From Phoronis australis (Eukaryota > Animalia > Phoronida), in assembly GCA_002633005.1 (NCBI GenBank), contig NMRA01000321.1:49311-113310 (forward strand): a stretch of DNA of 64,000 bases, given 5' to 3'. Shown here piece after piece: positions 13,886 to 26,450 of this stretch. The notes under the pieces were generated by a model, which saw only the letters and a list, made by a program, of their open reading frames with translations, made no database searches and was not told the origin of the DNA. Position 1 is the stretch's first letter. Each line of letters begins with the position of its first letter. Made by a program: the position numbers and the translations under genes.

Positions 13886-14507
13886 ACAATTTACAATGGT
13901 GTTATTACTTATTATTATTTTATAGTGTTCCCATAATGGTGCCGTGAGTGCACTTACTGAGTCCTACATTCAAATTAGGGCCTGTTTTTAAAATAATAAT
14001 TGTGTAGCAAATAGCATTAAAATTTCAAACAGTCCCTTGGTATGTTTCCACAGAGTATTCATCCTTAACAAAATTTAAAAAATCATTTTTGTTACGTTAA
14101 GTCTACATTTAGGACATTTTTAATCCAGTACGGAACGTTTGAACGTGAAAAGGTTATGCAAGCCTTCCTTTTTGGAGTAGAAATTATATTGGTCAGGTTC
14201 AACGTTTCACATGATTTTCCACTGCAATTGCATTTACATCGATATATCATCTTTAGCCCCAGACAAATGCTAATCAACAAGGAATTATGTGACTTAAACA
14301 GTAATGAATTCTGTATGAACGAAAATACACTGAAAGAATGAAACAGAAAGTTATCGTGAGCTTCGGAGGCTGCAACATTGATTTTAACTAACCAGCGGCA
14401 AAAATCTTAATCAGTTCAGTTCATTTTCAAGCCGAGAAGACGCATGGATAGGCTTTGACGTAAACCGATTTTGTTGGCCTGGTGACATTTGGAAGTTGAC
14501 CAAAAGC

Positions 14508-14825
14508 TTAAAGGGGCATTACCAGTTTTACGGCCAAAAATGCATTTTGGGAATAATGTTGGTTGGGATAGACTTCATGATGCCATTAGCTTTGACCAAA
14601 GCCACGAAACTACAAAATCCTTTGAATTTTTGAGATTTTACTGCAAATCGCAGTTTTCGTCGTTTAGCTGCCAGACACTCGCTCAAGATCGGTGACATAA
14701 CCAGTTAAATACATTTAAAATACTCTGTCACTTCGAGTGCGATCTAACTACATCAACAGAGCTTTAGACTGCCACCAGGTCGATTCCGCACTAAGGCTGA
14801 TCGCAGAAAATCACTTTTCACGGCG
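14508..14825 (+). mobile_element. Best-preserved copy of a dispersed TTAAAGGGG-starting (Kolobok-like) repeat with an internal tRNA-like core
   Basis: Shared blocks TTTACGGC..AAATGCATTTTGG, TTTGACCA.AGC, GATTTTA.T.CAAATCG, and AGAGC..T.G.CTGC...GGTCGATTCC...GGCTGATC.CAGAAAATCACTTTTC. Related copies at ~12084-12700(+), ~16700-17085(-), ~17598-17790(+), ~18225-18460(+), ~20995-21170(-). Confidence 0.55.
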
Positions 14826-16083
14826 ATCTTACCCATTGCAAAATCAATGTCGTGCGACACGCAGTATCTGTTGACATCAGCGCCCGTGGTCTAATCTTTC
14901 AAGCTTGAGATTGTTTTTGACATTTTTGTAATCTATTTTTGTGCAGACTCAATATAAGTGACTATTATGTTGTGCACGAGTACACCTTCGTTTTGCGCAG
15001 ATAACTGTAATTCTGGCTTGCACTTGATGACCCCAGCCTTAACGCTATGATCTGAACACAAAATTTCGAGTTTTCACTTGAGTTTGTATCTCGAATTTAA
15101 TAGTATTCAAATGAGAGCTTGGACCAGACGTTCATCACCACAAATCATAGTATACCCACAGAAACACTTTTACTTAAAAATACGTGAAATGTCGAAAATA
15201 AGTTCGAGTTCAATTTCGAGTACAAAGAATACATTGGGCCCAGATTTTATCCGTACAATTCATTGGTATGAAACAGGCTACTGAAATAACTGATCGGATA
15301 TTTTATTTCGTCACATCGCACCCAGATGGTGTGAGACATGTACGCATGTACTCAACAAAATTGTAGGATGCGCAACAATTTTTGAACAGGCGATTCGGAA
15401 ATAAAATTTGGCGTCTAAACAGTACCATGCGGTTACAATGTTTTGTACGTTCAGTTTTTAATCAATCAAAACGAATAGATTTTAGTGGGTGCATTTTAAT
15501 TATGTATAAGCTTTCAGAGTTCACAACAGAATGAGGTTTGTGATAATGGCGCAATTGTGACAGGTGAAAAGTCTACAGCCACAGCGTCCGCGGTTTGTAG
15601 GGTCGAATAATCCACTGTCCTGTAGAACTGTATCCTGAAAACAAAGTTTTCTTCCCTAGCTACAGCGTGTGAATAGGTGACTTAGACTTAATGGTAGATT
15701 ATAAGCAATGAAACAGCTTCGTTTTCTGCTGATGCCGGTCGTCATTTTATTGGGTGAATCTTTTCATCGTTCATTTCACTAGAAATTACTTTAGGAAAAT
15801 GGCCTCTGAGTTCAGAGATTGACCGCAGCAAGCTCTTCGCTTGTCGTAAGTCGGACCACCAGTGCAAAACAGTGTTGTTTTGCAATTTAAAGGAGACAGT
15901 ACAAACACTGGTGTTGGCCACCTTCTTTCTTAACAGGCGCAGTTGCTCATCAAAAAAAAAACACCGCCGGTTTCTTATCGTTTGCTAGTATTAAAACAAG
16001 ATAAAGTAAATCGTCTACAATTCCCCTGACGGCAATACTGCCTTGAAACTAGAAACTAACCCGCCTTCACGAGCAACTTAATG

Positions 16084-16222
16084 GCATGGGCAGCGCAGCA
16101 CTGAAATAAATGGGGCTATAGCCAAGCACCCTATGGTGCGGTGCCCTGTCACCATAGGCAGCGCAGCACTGAAATAAGTGGGGCTATAGCCCCCCCAAAC
16201 CCTCTATGATGCGCCGTCTATG
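16084..16222. repeat. Two tandem short GC-rich hairpin elements (CATGGGCAGCGCAGCACTG...), MITE-like; related pair at 45760-45900
   Basis: Shared GGCRGCGCAGCACTG..AARTGGGG..AGCCCC..TGGTGC.CC core at both loci. Confidence 0.55.
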
Positions 16223-18844
16223 AATGGTCCTGCCAGTTTGTCTCAAGCCTAGTAATCATTTCTTGAGAGCAAGATGAGACCGACATTGTAACCGTAAATA
16301 GTCTAAATAAATAGTTGTTTTTGAAAGGAGGAACAGATTCATTGTGCCTTTAATATTGCGATTAAAAGCACTTCATAATTTCACATAGCCGTCTGAAGAG
16401 AGAGTTTAGAAAAGATTTTCTTTGCAAAACAATTATTCCCACAAAGGGATCTCATAAAGACAATTTTAGAGTTCAGGCATGATCACAGTACTATGGTAAT
16501 AGTCCCTCCCCCTCCCCGAAAATTACAGGTTAGCAGTTTTAAATATCAGGTTGTCGCATTTTTAAGAACGGACTAAGGTTTTCGCAAGAAATCAATCAAA
16601 AGTAAGCATGAATGTCAAGCTAGTTCTGGAAGACGAGAGAGCAAACACACTTGGCTGTCTACATGAGAATATCAGCATTTCTGGAAGTGTTTGTTTTATT
16701 TCGCACGGGAGTCCAGAGCAGGATTTCGGTTCCTAAATGCTTACTCTATAGAGGTAACTCCTTCAATAGACTTCAGCTCTCCGCCTGTCTGTTTTTCCAT
16801 CGTATATTTAGAAGATTATTCCGAATTTGATCATCACCACACATTGCCACTGTCGGCCATTTTCACGGCACGTAACACAAAACAGCTACAGCGCCTAATA
16901 ATAGTTTTCAGTTACCTTTGACTGGAAGCCTTTGTTAGGAAGCGGCGATTTATAATAAAATCACAAAACACAACAACATTTTTTGTTTCATAGCTCCGGT
17001 CAAACAGAAACTTCAAGTTGCCAGTCCTCACTAAGGCAATTCCAAAATGCGTTTTTTCTGCCGTAAATCCTATTGCGTCCTGTCAAAAGACCACATAATT
17101 ATAATTTGTGAGTACGTTTTAAATAGATTTGAATAGCAATATGTTTTAGGGAGTTTTTATGTAAAATGGAACGTTATCATCATCGCCATCATTAACTTTA
17201 TTGATATTCAGGTAAAAGGTATTACTTTCAAAGAATCATACGCCTCAAGTTAACGGCTAATTCTTCATTGAATCAAACGCATTTGAAACGAACTGTCTCC
17301 ATCAACAACCCGTGGATCGTGACGTATTTTGTATCGCAGTTAGGCCTCATTTCCGTCAGAGTATAGCACATCTATATATAGCAATCAGCGTTTGTTTCAC
17401 TTGAAAATGTTACATTTCTTGCCTCTTTTAGGCAATTACGTTGGTTAAATTCCCTTACTGAAAATCGTAGTCAAAGATCATCGTGTCTTCTTACAAGCCA
17501 GAGGACATTTCGCGAAAATAACTTCAGAAACTTGCGGTGTAGGTCACGTTGGCCTCATTAACACAAATTGCTGCTTATGAAAACCTAAAATAACTCTGTT
17601 AAAAGGACATTGTTGGTTTTATGGGGTTATTGTTGGATGGAATAGACATTTTGAAGTTAATTTAGCTTTGGCTAGGACTCTGAAACAATAAAATACTTGG
17701 CTACGCAAGTAGAGCGTTTGACGGTGACAGCGAAGGTTCCGGGTTAGAATCTGCTCTGTGGCTGATCTCAAAAATACTTCTTTTTTCGCCAATAATGTTA
17801 CTTTAAGCTAGAATGGTGCGTTTCAAATCCTGAAAGAATTCTTTTAAATTTCAATTCGAATGTACCTTCGTGTGGGAAGCGAAACAAGGACCTGGAAATG
17901 GGAAGGACGGTGCTATCACAACTGAGCCGTTCTGAAAGACGGTGGCGGGTTTGCTTGATTGAAAAGCATTTATTTATTTTTCTCTGTGGATTAACTCAAG
18001 GCATATTCCCAACACAATTCCCCAAAAGTCATGCACCCCGGTAAATGGCGCCAAACAGTATTTTGGGTCCAAAAAGGTTTCTGTTGGCCCTTGCACATGT
18101 AAAACCAAGAAAGCGTTTAGGGGCTGGACACGCTGCAGGTTTACAAGGATCTGCATGATACGTTTATTGTGATAGTTAAAACATCTCATGCAAATAGAGC
18201 TAATAACATTGATCACATGGTTCGATTTCACGGCCGTTTATTGTTTGATAGGATAGACTTTTTGAAGCTTTGACCAGAGCTAGAAAACAATCGTTGTGTT
18301 ATTGTGATTTTCTAACAAATCGCCAATTATCGCTGTTTAAAAGACATGTGGTGATTACTAGTTCAGTAAGTCAGCCAGTAAGAGAATATGGCTGCGACCG
18401 CAAAGGTTCCCTGTTCGAACATGACATGTGGTGGGGATCTTCCCAGAAAATCACTTTTCTTGCCTATAATATCACTGGATTATCATTAGTTTCTACATAA
18501 ACAAGATTTTCAATACAATTAATAATGCCTAATAAATCCTTATCGCCGTATATCGTCGCGTCTTATACACATGCTTTGGTATTTTATATATCCAGGCCGT
18601 ATGCCTACTTTACACATTACCAGTCGTTTATTCAGCAATTTGTTTACTACAACAAAATCTGCAACTAACGTATAGTAACTTTATAGATCGTACATAAGTT
18701 CACTAACTAGTAATTTTGTGGTTTTCGAGTCGAATGCAAAACAGATAATATCAAAAACATTAAACTATTCGTCGGACAAGCTTTAAAAATGAGATTGACT
18801 CGGTGTACATGAAAATAATATAGCAGAAGCATGATTATGGTCAG

Positions 18845-19052
18845 TGTATAATTTATACTGTATAATTTATACTGTATAATTTATACTGTAAAATTTATAC
18901 TGAATAATTTATACTGTATAATTTATACTGTACAATTTATACTGTATAATTTATACTGTATAATTCATACTGTACAATTTATACTGTATAATTTATACTG
19001 TACAATTTATACTGTATAATTTATACTGTATAACTCATACTGTATAATTTAT
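18845..19052. repeat. 14-bp minisatellite (TGTATAATTTATAC)n, ~15 copies
   Basis: Directly visible. Confidence 0.92.
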
Positions 19053-19359
19053 GCTGATAAAAAGAAGTTAAAACTGCAAAGCATTTTCAAATTCTTGGCT
19101 TCGTGAAGAATATGAAAGTGGTGATTTTAGTCTTCGCTTTTTATTGAGCGCTTTTAAGGTGTCATGACTATTACCCTGCATCGTTCTGTTTCACACAATG
19201 CTTAATGTCATTTGTTTTGATCCTCACAAAAATCGAGTCATGAAATAACTTAAAATTGAAATGAACACCTCTCATTTTTCTATGGTTGTAGGTGTTACAT
19301 TTGACTTAACAACTCTTTCATTCTTATTTTTTTTTACTTTGAGGGTGATCGTCTTTATA

Positions 19360-22300
19360 TGCCGATAGATCGGGATCCCAGAGGTTTTTTGAATGAAAAG
19401 TTGACTGATTTTTTGATACCACAGTGATCTTTGTGTATACCAATGCTAGGAAATGGCCATCTAGCAGATTCGGCCTAGTGGCTGTGGTCAGGGGGTCATG
19501 AGAATGACGCTACACTCAAAATTGATCTAGATCAACTTTTCTGGTAACCACTTAAAAATACCTGCGACACCTACTACTCAATTCACTGCTTCAAAATTAT
19601 CCACTGCCAGAAAATTTCAGTGGTGGGGTACCCTTGCCAGATAAAGAATAATGGGTTCCCAAAATCGAGCTAGATCAACCCAAGAGAAAGCCGCATGAAA
19701 CTGGCTACAAATTAATCGTCATAGACCATTGTATCATGAATGAACACTGCCAGACAAATTCAGTGGTGGATTACCCTCGCCAGACACGCCCAAACATCCA
19801 AGCTGAGCTAGCCCAATCCACCAGGTAGCTGGTTGAAACCAATTGTATAACATCCGGCATCCCGCCACGCGCCGCAGCACTTACATGTATGTTCCAGACA
19901 GTTTCGGTAGTGGGGTGCCCATGCCACATAAAAATAATGAGGTCTCGAAATTGAGCTAAATCAACCCAAGAAGTAACCGAATAAAATCGGTTGCAAAATA
20001 TTCAGCATAACCCTATGAATCATGAAGTAACACTGCCAGACAAATCCAGTGGTGGATTAACCCCACCAGACATGCCCAAACCTCAGAGTTGAACGAGACC
20101 AGTCCACCAGGTAACCAGTTGAAGCCAACTACATAACGTTCAGCATCACTCCACATGACACAACCGTTTTATGCCAGACAATTTCAGTGGTGGGGTGCCT
20201 CTATCTGCCAGACAAAAAATAACAGGGTCACCAACTGAGCTAGATCAATCCAAGCGGTAACCACGTGAAACTTGTTGCAAAATATTCAACATGAAATCAT
20301 ATATCTTTGCCAGATAAATCCTGTGGTAGGTTACCCCCGCAAGAAACGCCCAAACCTGTGAGTTGCGTTAGATCAAATCATCAGGTAACCGCTTGAAACC
20401 AATTTCAGCATGTTCACAATCACTCCACATGGCACAACTGTTACATGGCAGACAATTTCGGAGGTGGGATACCACAGGAAGACAAAATAAAATATCCAAA
20501 ACTTCGAGAAATCTTATTTACGATGAATGAAAATTGCTCGATACCTTTGATAGTGATTCAAATAATCTGATGGAATCAATCAGTTCCATTTCAAATTTCC
20601 TGAGGGGAAGCCAGGCAACTTCAACTGGTTGTAGAAAAACTACCTAACCTGATCCTACTTCCTTGTTCCCACGCATTGCAAAAAGCGCCCAAGTCAAGTG
20701 TGCCGCCTCAGTTTACTTTAACTATTGATATTTTACGTGCAATCAGAACCATGACTACATATCCCCACTATAAGATGACACAGTCGTGTTTAACTTTCTT
20801 TGCATAACACCTTACGTTGTTGCTGTTGCTGTTGTTGTTGCTGTTGTTGTTTTTGATGTTATTGTAACAAGTATTAATTTCTCTGTCGATGGTCTTGTGC
20901 GATAAATAACTGAAGTAGGGAATAAAATTGGACAGAGAAATGGACTGTGCTCACTTGAAGCAATTTTACGTTGTGGTTAAATGGACATTATCGTCGAGAA
21001 AGTAGTTTTCTGCTGGAGATCAGCCTCAGCGTGGAATCGAACGTGCAACCTCCGCAGTCGCAGCCTAACGCTCTGCTGGCGGATTTATATCCCACTTGAT
21101 AAACGGCATAGTATTTTAAGCGTATTTAATAACAAAAAACGGATTTGGTAATAATTGTAACATGAGGAGTGTTGTGGAACACATCGTACTTGGTTTCAAC
21201 TAGTTACATGGTATGTTGATCAAGCTCAACTTAGAGATTTGGGCGTGTCTGGCGAGGGTAATTCACCACTGAATTTGACTGGCAGTGCTCGTTCATGATG
21301 ACTAATTTGTAGCCAGTTTTATGCGGTTACCTCTTGGGTTGATCTAGCTCAATTTTAGGAACCCCATTATTCTATATCTGGCAGGGGTACCCCACCATTG
21401 AAATTGTCTGACAATGGATAATTTTGATACAGTGAATTGAGTAGTAAGTGTCGCAGGTATTTTTAAGTGGTTACCAGAAAAGTTGATCTTGCTCAATTTT
21501 GAGTGTAGCGTCATTCTCATGGCCCCCTGACCACACCCACGAGAGCGAACCTGCCAGATGGGTATTTCCTAGCGTTGGGATAACCATGGATCACTGTNCC
21601 TTTGCATAACACCTTACGTTGTTGCTGTTGCTGTTGTTGTTGCTGTTGTTGTTTTTGATGTTGTTGTAACAAGTATTAATTTATCTGTCGATGGTCTTGT
21701 GCGATAAATAACTGAAGTAGGGAATAAAATTGGACAGAGAAATGGACTGTGCTCACTTGAAGCAATTTTACGTTGTGGTTAAATGGACATTATCGTCGAG
21801 AACGTAGTTTTCTGCTGGAGATCAGCCTCAGCGTGGAATCGAACGTGCAACCTCCGCAGTCGCAGCCTAACGCTCTGCTGGAGGATTTATATCCCACTTG
21901 ATAAACGGTATAGTATTTTAAGCGTATTTAATCACAAAAAAACGGATTTGGTAATAATTGTAACATGAGGAGTGATGTGGAACACATCGTACTTGGTTTC
22001 AACTAGTTACATGGTATGTTGATCAAGCTCAACTTAGAGATTTGGGCGTGTCTGGCGAGGGTAATCCACCACTGAATTTGACTGGCAGTGCTCGTTCATG
22101 ATAACTAATTTGTAGCCAGTTTTATGCGGTTACCTCTTGGGTTGATCTAGCTCAATTTTAGGAACCCCATTATTCTATATCTGGCAGGGGTACCCCACCA
22201 TTGAAATTGTCTGACAATGGATAATTTTGATACAGAGAATTGAGTAGTAAGTGTCGCAGGTATTTTTAAGTGGTTACCAGAAAAGTTGATCTTGCTCAAT

Positions 22301-22462
22301 TTTGAGTGTAGCGTCATTCTCATGGCCCCCTGACCACACCCACGAGAGCGAACCTGCCAGATGGGTATTTCCTAGCGTTGGGATAACCATGGATCACTGT
22401 GGTAGCAAATCATATTGGTTACCTTTTTATACGCAAAAAGGTCTGGAATCTCGGTCTACGAC
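19360..22462. mobile_element. Putative DNA element bounded by ~450-bp inverted repeats with TGCCAGACAAATTCAGTGGTGG subrepeats
   Basis: 19360-19810 is the diverged reverse complement of ~22020-22462 (and of 21220-21597). Tandem subrepeats extend to ~20480. No clear TSD. Confidence 0.6.
20798..22400. other. Near-identical 800-bp direct duplication around a single N (21598): probable haplotype-overlap assembly artefact
   Basis: 20798-21597 vs 21600-22400 differ only by scattered substitutions and a small indel; the junction is the N. Confidence 0.8.
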
Positions 22463-23424
22463 AATTTAATTTTGATTGTTCTTTTAATAATCTGGAAATC
22501 GGAATAGCAAAAAGATGAAAAACGATGTTCAGTTTCTAATATTGTGAGGAAAATAAAATACAGTTGACTTTCGTTTTCTCAGCAAGAACCAACCGCAAGC
22601 TTTTTACTTTCAATTTTAAGTTTCCAATCGATAATGGAATTGACTTTTCATGCGCGGAACCTGTCTAAGTTAGGTAGTCAGTACAAGACTGACTATAGGC
22701 CAAGTTAGGTCGCATGCGCGAAATTATATACTAATAGCATTTTCCACATCACAGTTTTGTTTTTCTGTCATTTCTTATTTGCCAAGATATCATCTTTCCA
22801 ATAATTTCTGATAATGGAAGCACGCCTCGTGCGTGACACTTTTCTTTGGTCATTACGACCATACAAAATCTTAAATGTGACTGTGGCGTGTGTTGTTCAT
22901 TTATTTCTATAAATAGGTTGCGTTTTATGCTATCCGGTATCATATCATATGAGTTTCTGGTGGAACTGATACAATGCAACCCATTGAACCCCTGTGGCTG
23001 GGCCTCTAGGCTTTGAAATGTTCTCGTGAGCCGCCGTTGTTGAGGTAACCCATATTTCCAGAGATATTCCATGTTTGTATTGTATTACATACATTTTTTG
23101 TTATATTGCCTGTTGTATTTTTGTCCGGGTAATAAATCGAGTATTTTATGCAATGCTCAGTGCATTTTTAGTGTCTTATATGACTTATGTGGAACATAAA
23201 TAATTTTTATTTAAAAACGGCGACTGTTTAACAGCCCGGAGCGTTTTATTGTGTTGGACTGGTTTAGTCATCCATCCATTGTCACTGAAACAATGTAAAA
23301 GCTCTGCGTGTCTTAAAAAGCGGCAGAAGTTTTGTTACACAAAATTGCAATTTATCAAAAATCAATACGTTACTTATTTTTTATCGTTAATTGTAACCTA
23401 GTTATAAGGCAGTCGTCAACTCAC

Positions 23425-23592
23425 CTCGGCTGCAGCGCGCGCCAGTCGCGGAATGATAGTCTCGCTGTATACCTTGGTCGGGACGAAGGATTGTTGCGGT
23501 ACGTTAGCCTTGCTGCGAACCTGTCGTAGAACGTCTTCGCCATGTTCCTTCAATAAATAGTCGTAGATCGTCTGTAACAGTAAGCCGTACAT
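23425..23592 (-). CDS. First coding exon of a soluble guanylate cyclase, H-NOX (HNOB) domain, Gyc88E-like/atypical type
   Basis: MYGLLLQTIYDYLLKEHGEDVLRQVRSKANVPQQSFVPTKVYSETIIPRLARAAAE shows the MYG start, G18 and the F...Y.E pattern of H-NOX domains; GTGAGT donor at 23424 (phase 0). Confidence 0.88.
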
Positions 23593-26392
23593 CTCGGACC
23601 TGTTCTCTGTCTTTGCTTCTACCGCAGAAGTAGCTGCATGCGATCTCGGCAAATACACGCACTGCAACCGTGGAAGTCGTTCCGGACTAGTGGAGATAAT
23701 GATTTTCCAAAGTACCAATGCTATTACTGTGATTAGAACTCGCAGACCCGTTTACTTTCTTCTCACCCGAAGATGATTAATTGTGGGACTAAATAGTTTG
23801 CCTAGGTATGAAATTTCATCGGAGAATAACGACGAGAAGCGACGAGCGCACACCAGCAAATTAGACATCACCTACTCTGAATTGTAAATCAATGAATGTG
23901 AATGCTTTAATTATGCCACTTAAAACATCACAATACCAGAGAGCGCAGACCTTGCTATAACCGGCGCTTGCAACCTTCTGTCGGATTCACACTTACGCAT
24001 TTTGTGTTAGACCAATCATTTCATTTCTCCAGTATTCACGAAGAAATTAGTCCAGCATAGCGCACTTGCTTTGTTATTATCGAGAAATTTAGATCGATAA
24101 CACATAGATATGTACAACCAGTTGTAATATAACAAATGCACTAAATGATGAAAGGAATAATCCTTTTTAAACAGATTTATTCTGCTCTTTTTCGTTGAAA
24201 AAATCCGGAAACGACTTCCAACATAGACTAAATGATCGTCTTTCTAAATAATGTTCTTTTAACATGATATTTTATCACGATTTTTTCTTAAAGAATCATT
24301 TTCCGGATTGTACCGGCTGTAGCCGCCGACACGTGCTGACAAATCGAGGTGGCCGTCTGTTTATGATGTCAGAAGGTCCGAATCTACAAGGTTCTCTAGT
24401 TATAGAACGCGCTGCTAGTGGGCTGTCGCATTGGTCTAAGGAATTTTGCCTATCATATGTGACTCTTCAAATCATAACCTTTTGATGTGAAACCTTGGGC
24501 CTAGCCCTTTAAGGGCTTGTGGTTAATTTTGGTTCAGACTAGACAACGGTTCGTTGACATTTTCTATGTGTTCACGGCAAAAGCACAGTGTTGAAACTAA
24601 ATAGATCAATGTCATCTAATGTAAAGTTCGTGTGCCCAATATCAGACATGAGAAAGCGCGACAGATCATCACGATTTTCTCAAATTTTGTTGACTGCCGG
24701 TGTCTTTTACATGGCACGTGCGCACTTGGGCATGTGACAGCTACACCATCGCATCAAACGTATCAACGAGGGCAATTTCTGGTGGGAGAAATGTATCCAC
24801 GAAAGTAGACTGTTGTAGATTTACGGTAAATATTGAGTGTATTTCTACTACCCCTGCGTCTGCCAAAATGACAGTCGATCTTGCTCGCCGCAGTATTGTT
24901 GCACATGTGCAAATTGGCGCATACCTACATTTTTGGAAATAATGCCAATCAGAAGCAGTTAGGGCATGCACGTCAGTTCTGCAAACTGGTGCATGGATAG
25001 GGTGTCTCAAACGTTCGCTACCAGTTCTTAAAGTTTTGTGTTTAGCAATGAAACTACCAAAAGTGGATCATTTCGTGTCACTATTTGATAGATATAATTC
25101 TCCATCATTTGACGAATCTCTGGAATGTCATTAGCAATGTTGGACAAAGTTTCAACAGGAACATTTTCTGAGATCTCTTAGTTCTTCACACGTTTTTGGT
25201 GTTTTAAGACTAAAAGTATCCATAAACGTGCGTGCATTTTTTGGATGCCTAAAAGATTTTCGATAGGGAAATGAAATTGACACCAGCAAGTTTACATTTT
25301 ATGTAGGCAAGACCTTTCTTCGTTCTTCGCTTGAGTGCAGCATTTAACTTAAAAGATATCAAACCTTGTTTTGGTAATTTCAACCAATCCTCCATCCGTC
25401 ACTTGCTAATGCACTGTTGGCGTCCCACTTGAGTGACCGAAGCAGGATTCAACTAAAAACTCGTTCTCCCTCCCTCCCTCCCTCTTTCCCCTTGAAAAAG
25501 ATTCTAACAGCATTTTGGAGAACACCGTTTAAGGTATGGTATCTGAAAGCACCACCTGAATCCAATAGTTATGTGATTTCTGAAATTTGAGGTTCCAAAG
25601 GTAGACAAATTTCACTGAGCATTTTCTTTGGTCCCGCAAAACCTTAACAGACTATCCAATCTTACGCTTGTGAATTACGCTCGCAATTCCCGCTCATAAA
25701 AAGTGCCTTTTTAGCGTAGTTTACATGCGACACTTTTCAGCCAGCGGTCAACGATACGAGCACAGTTTAATCATCTGTAAGCATTTTGCCCCTTACGTGC
25801 TGGTAACAATGACGTGCGATAAGGTTCACCATTGATGTAGATTACTGATCTCTCAGCTATCAATCAGCGGTGACCCTTAGCTATCATCGCTAAAGTTTGT
25901 TTTTAAAATTGGTGTAGGGAATGTCAGAATTGGTAATTCGTCACTGATTTCAAAATGTTACCACTTTCCAGGTTTTCCACTTCTAATTCGTTTAGGAAAT
26001 TATTATCTCGTCTCTTGTTTTTTTTTTTGGAAAGACGGAGCATTCCCGTCCTCCCTATCCGTAGCAACCTGTGGACTGTGTAAAGACAATTTATGACATT
26101 CTGAGTTTTCCCGTCTCTCTGTCAGTGCCTTTAGAGTCCTTAGATGGACGCTCCAACCTTAGTATTAGCGTTTAGCGAACCCATTCTTTCAAGTCTTCCT
26201 GCCATTTTTACGAATCTCACACAAACTACAATTGTTCTTGAAATTACCTATACTGCATATCAAAGATTTTCGTTAGGACAACTTCTACTTTTAACGAAAT
26301 GTCCTGGAAGATGAACGTTTTTTTAATTTTATTGGAAACATTTTAGCCGCCCCTTTGAAAATTTACATTGCTTCCATGCGAGATTGCACTGC

Positions 26393-26394
<2 letters not shown>

Positions 26395-26449
<55 letters not shown>

Positions 26450-26450
26450 C
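26395..26450. repeat. (GCAC)n microsatellite
   Basis: Directly visible. Confidence 0.95.

Noticed and set aside
13466-13947. Poly-D/N, poly-M/T and poly-I/V ORFs
   Set aside because: By-products of a trinucleotide microsatellite, with no splice or domain support.
21015-21095. tRNA gene on the - strand (GTTCGATTCC B box)
   Set aside because: No intact acceptor stem or cloverleaf; it is part of a dispersed repeat family.
20798-22400. 800-bp direct repeat resembling LTRs or a segmental duplication
   Set aside because: The copies are adjacent, joined at a single N and nearly identical, which points to an assembly overlap.
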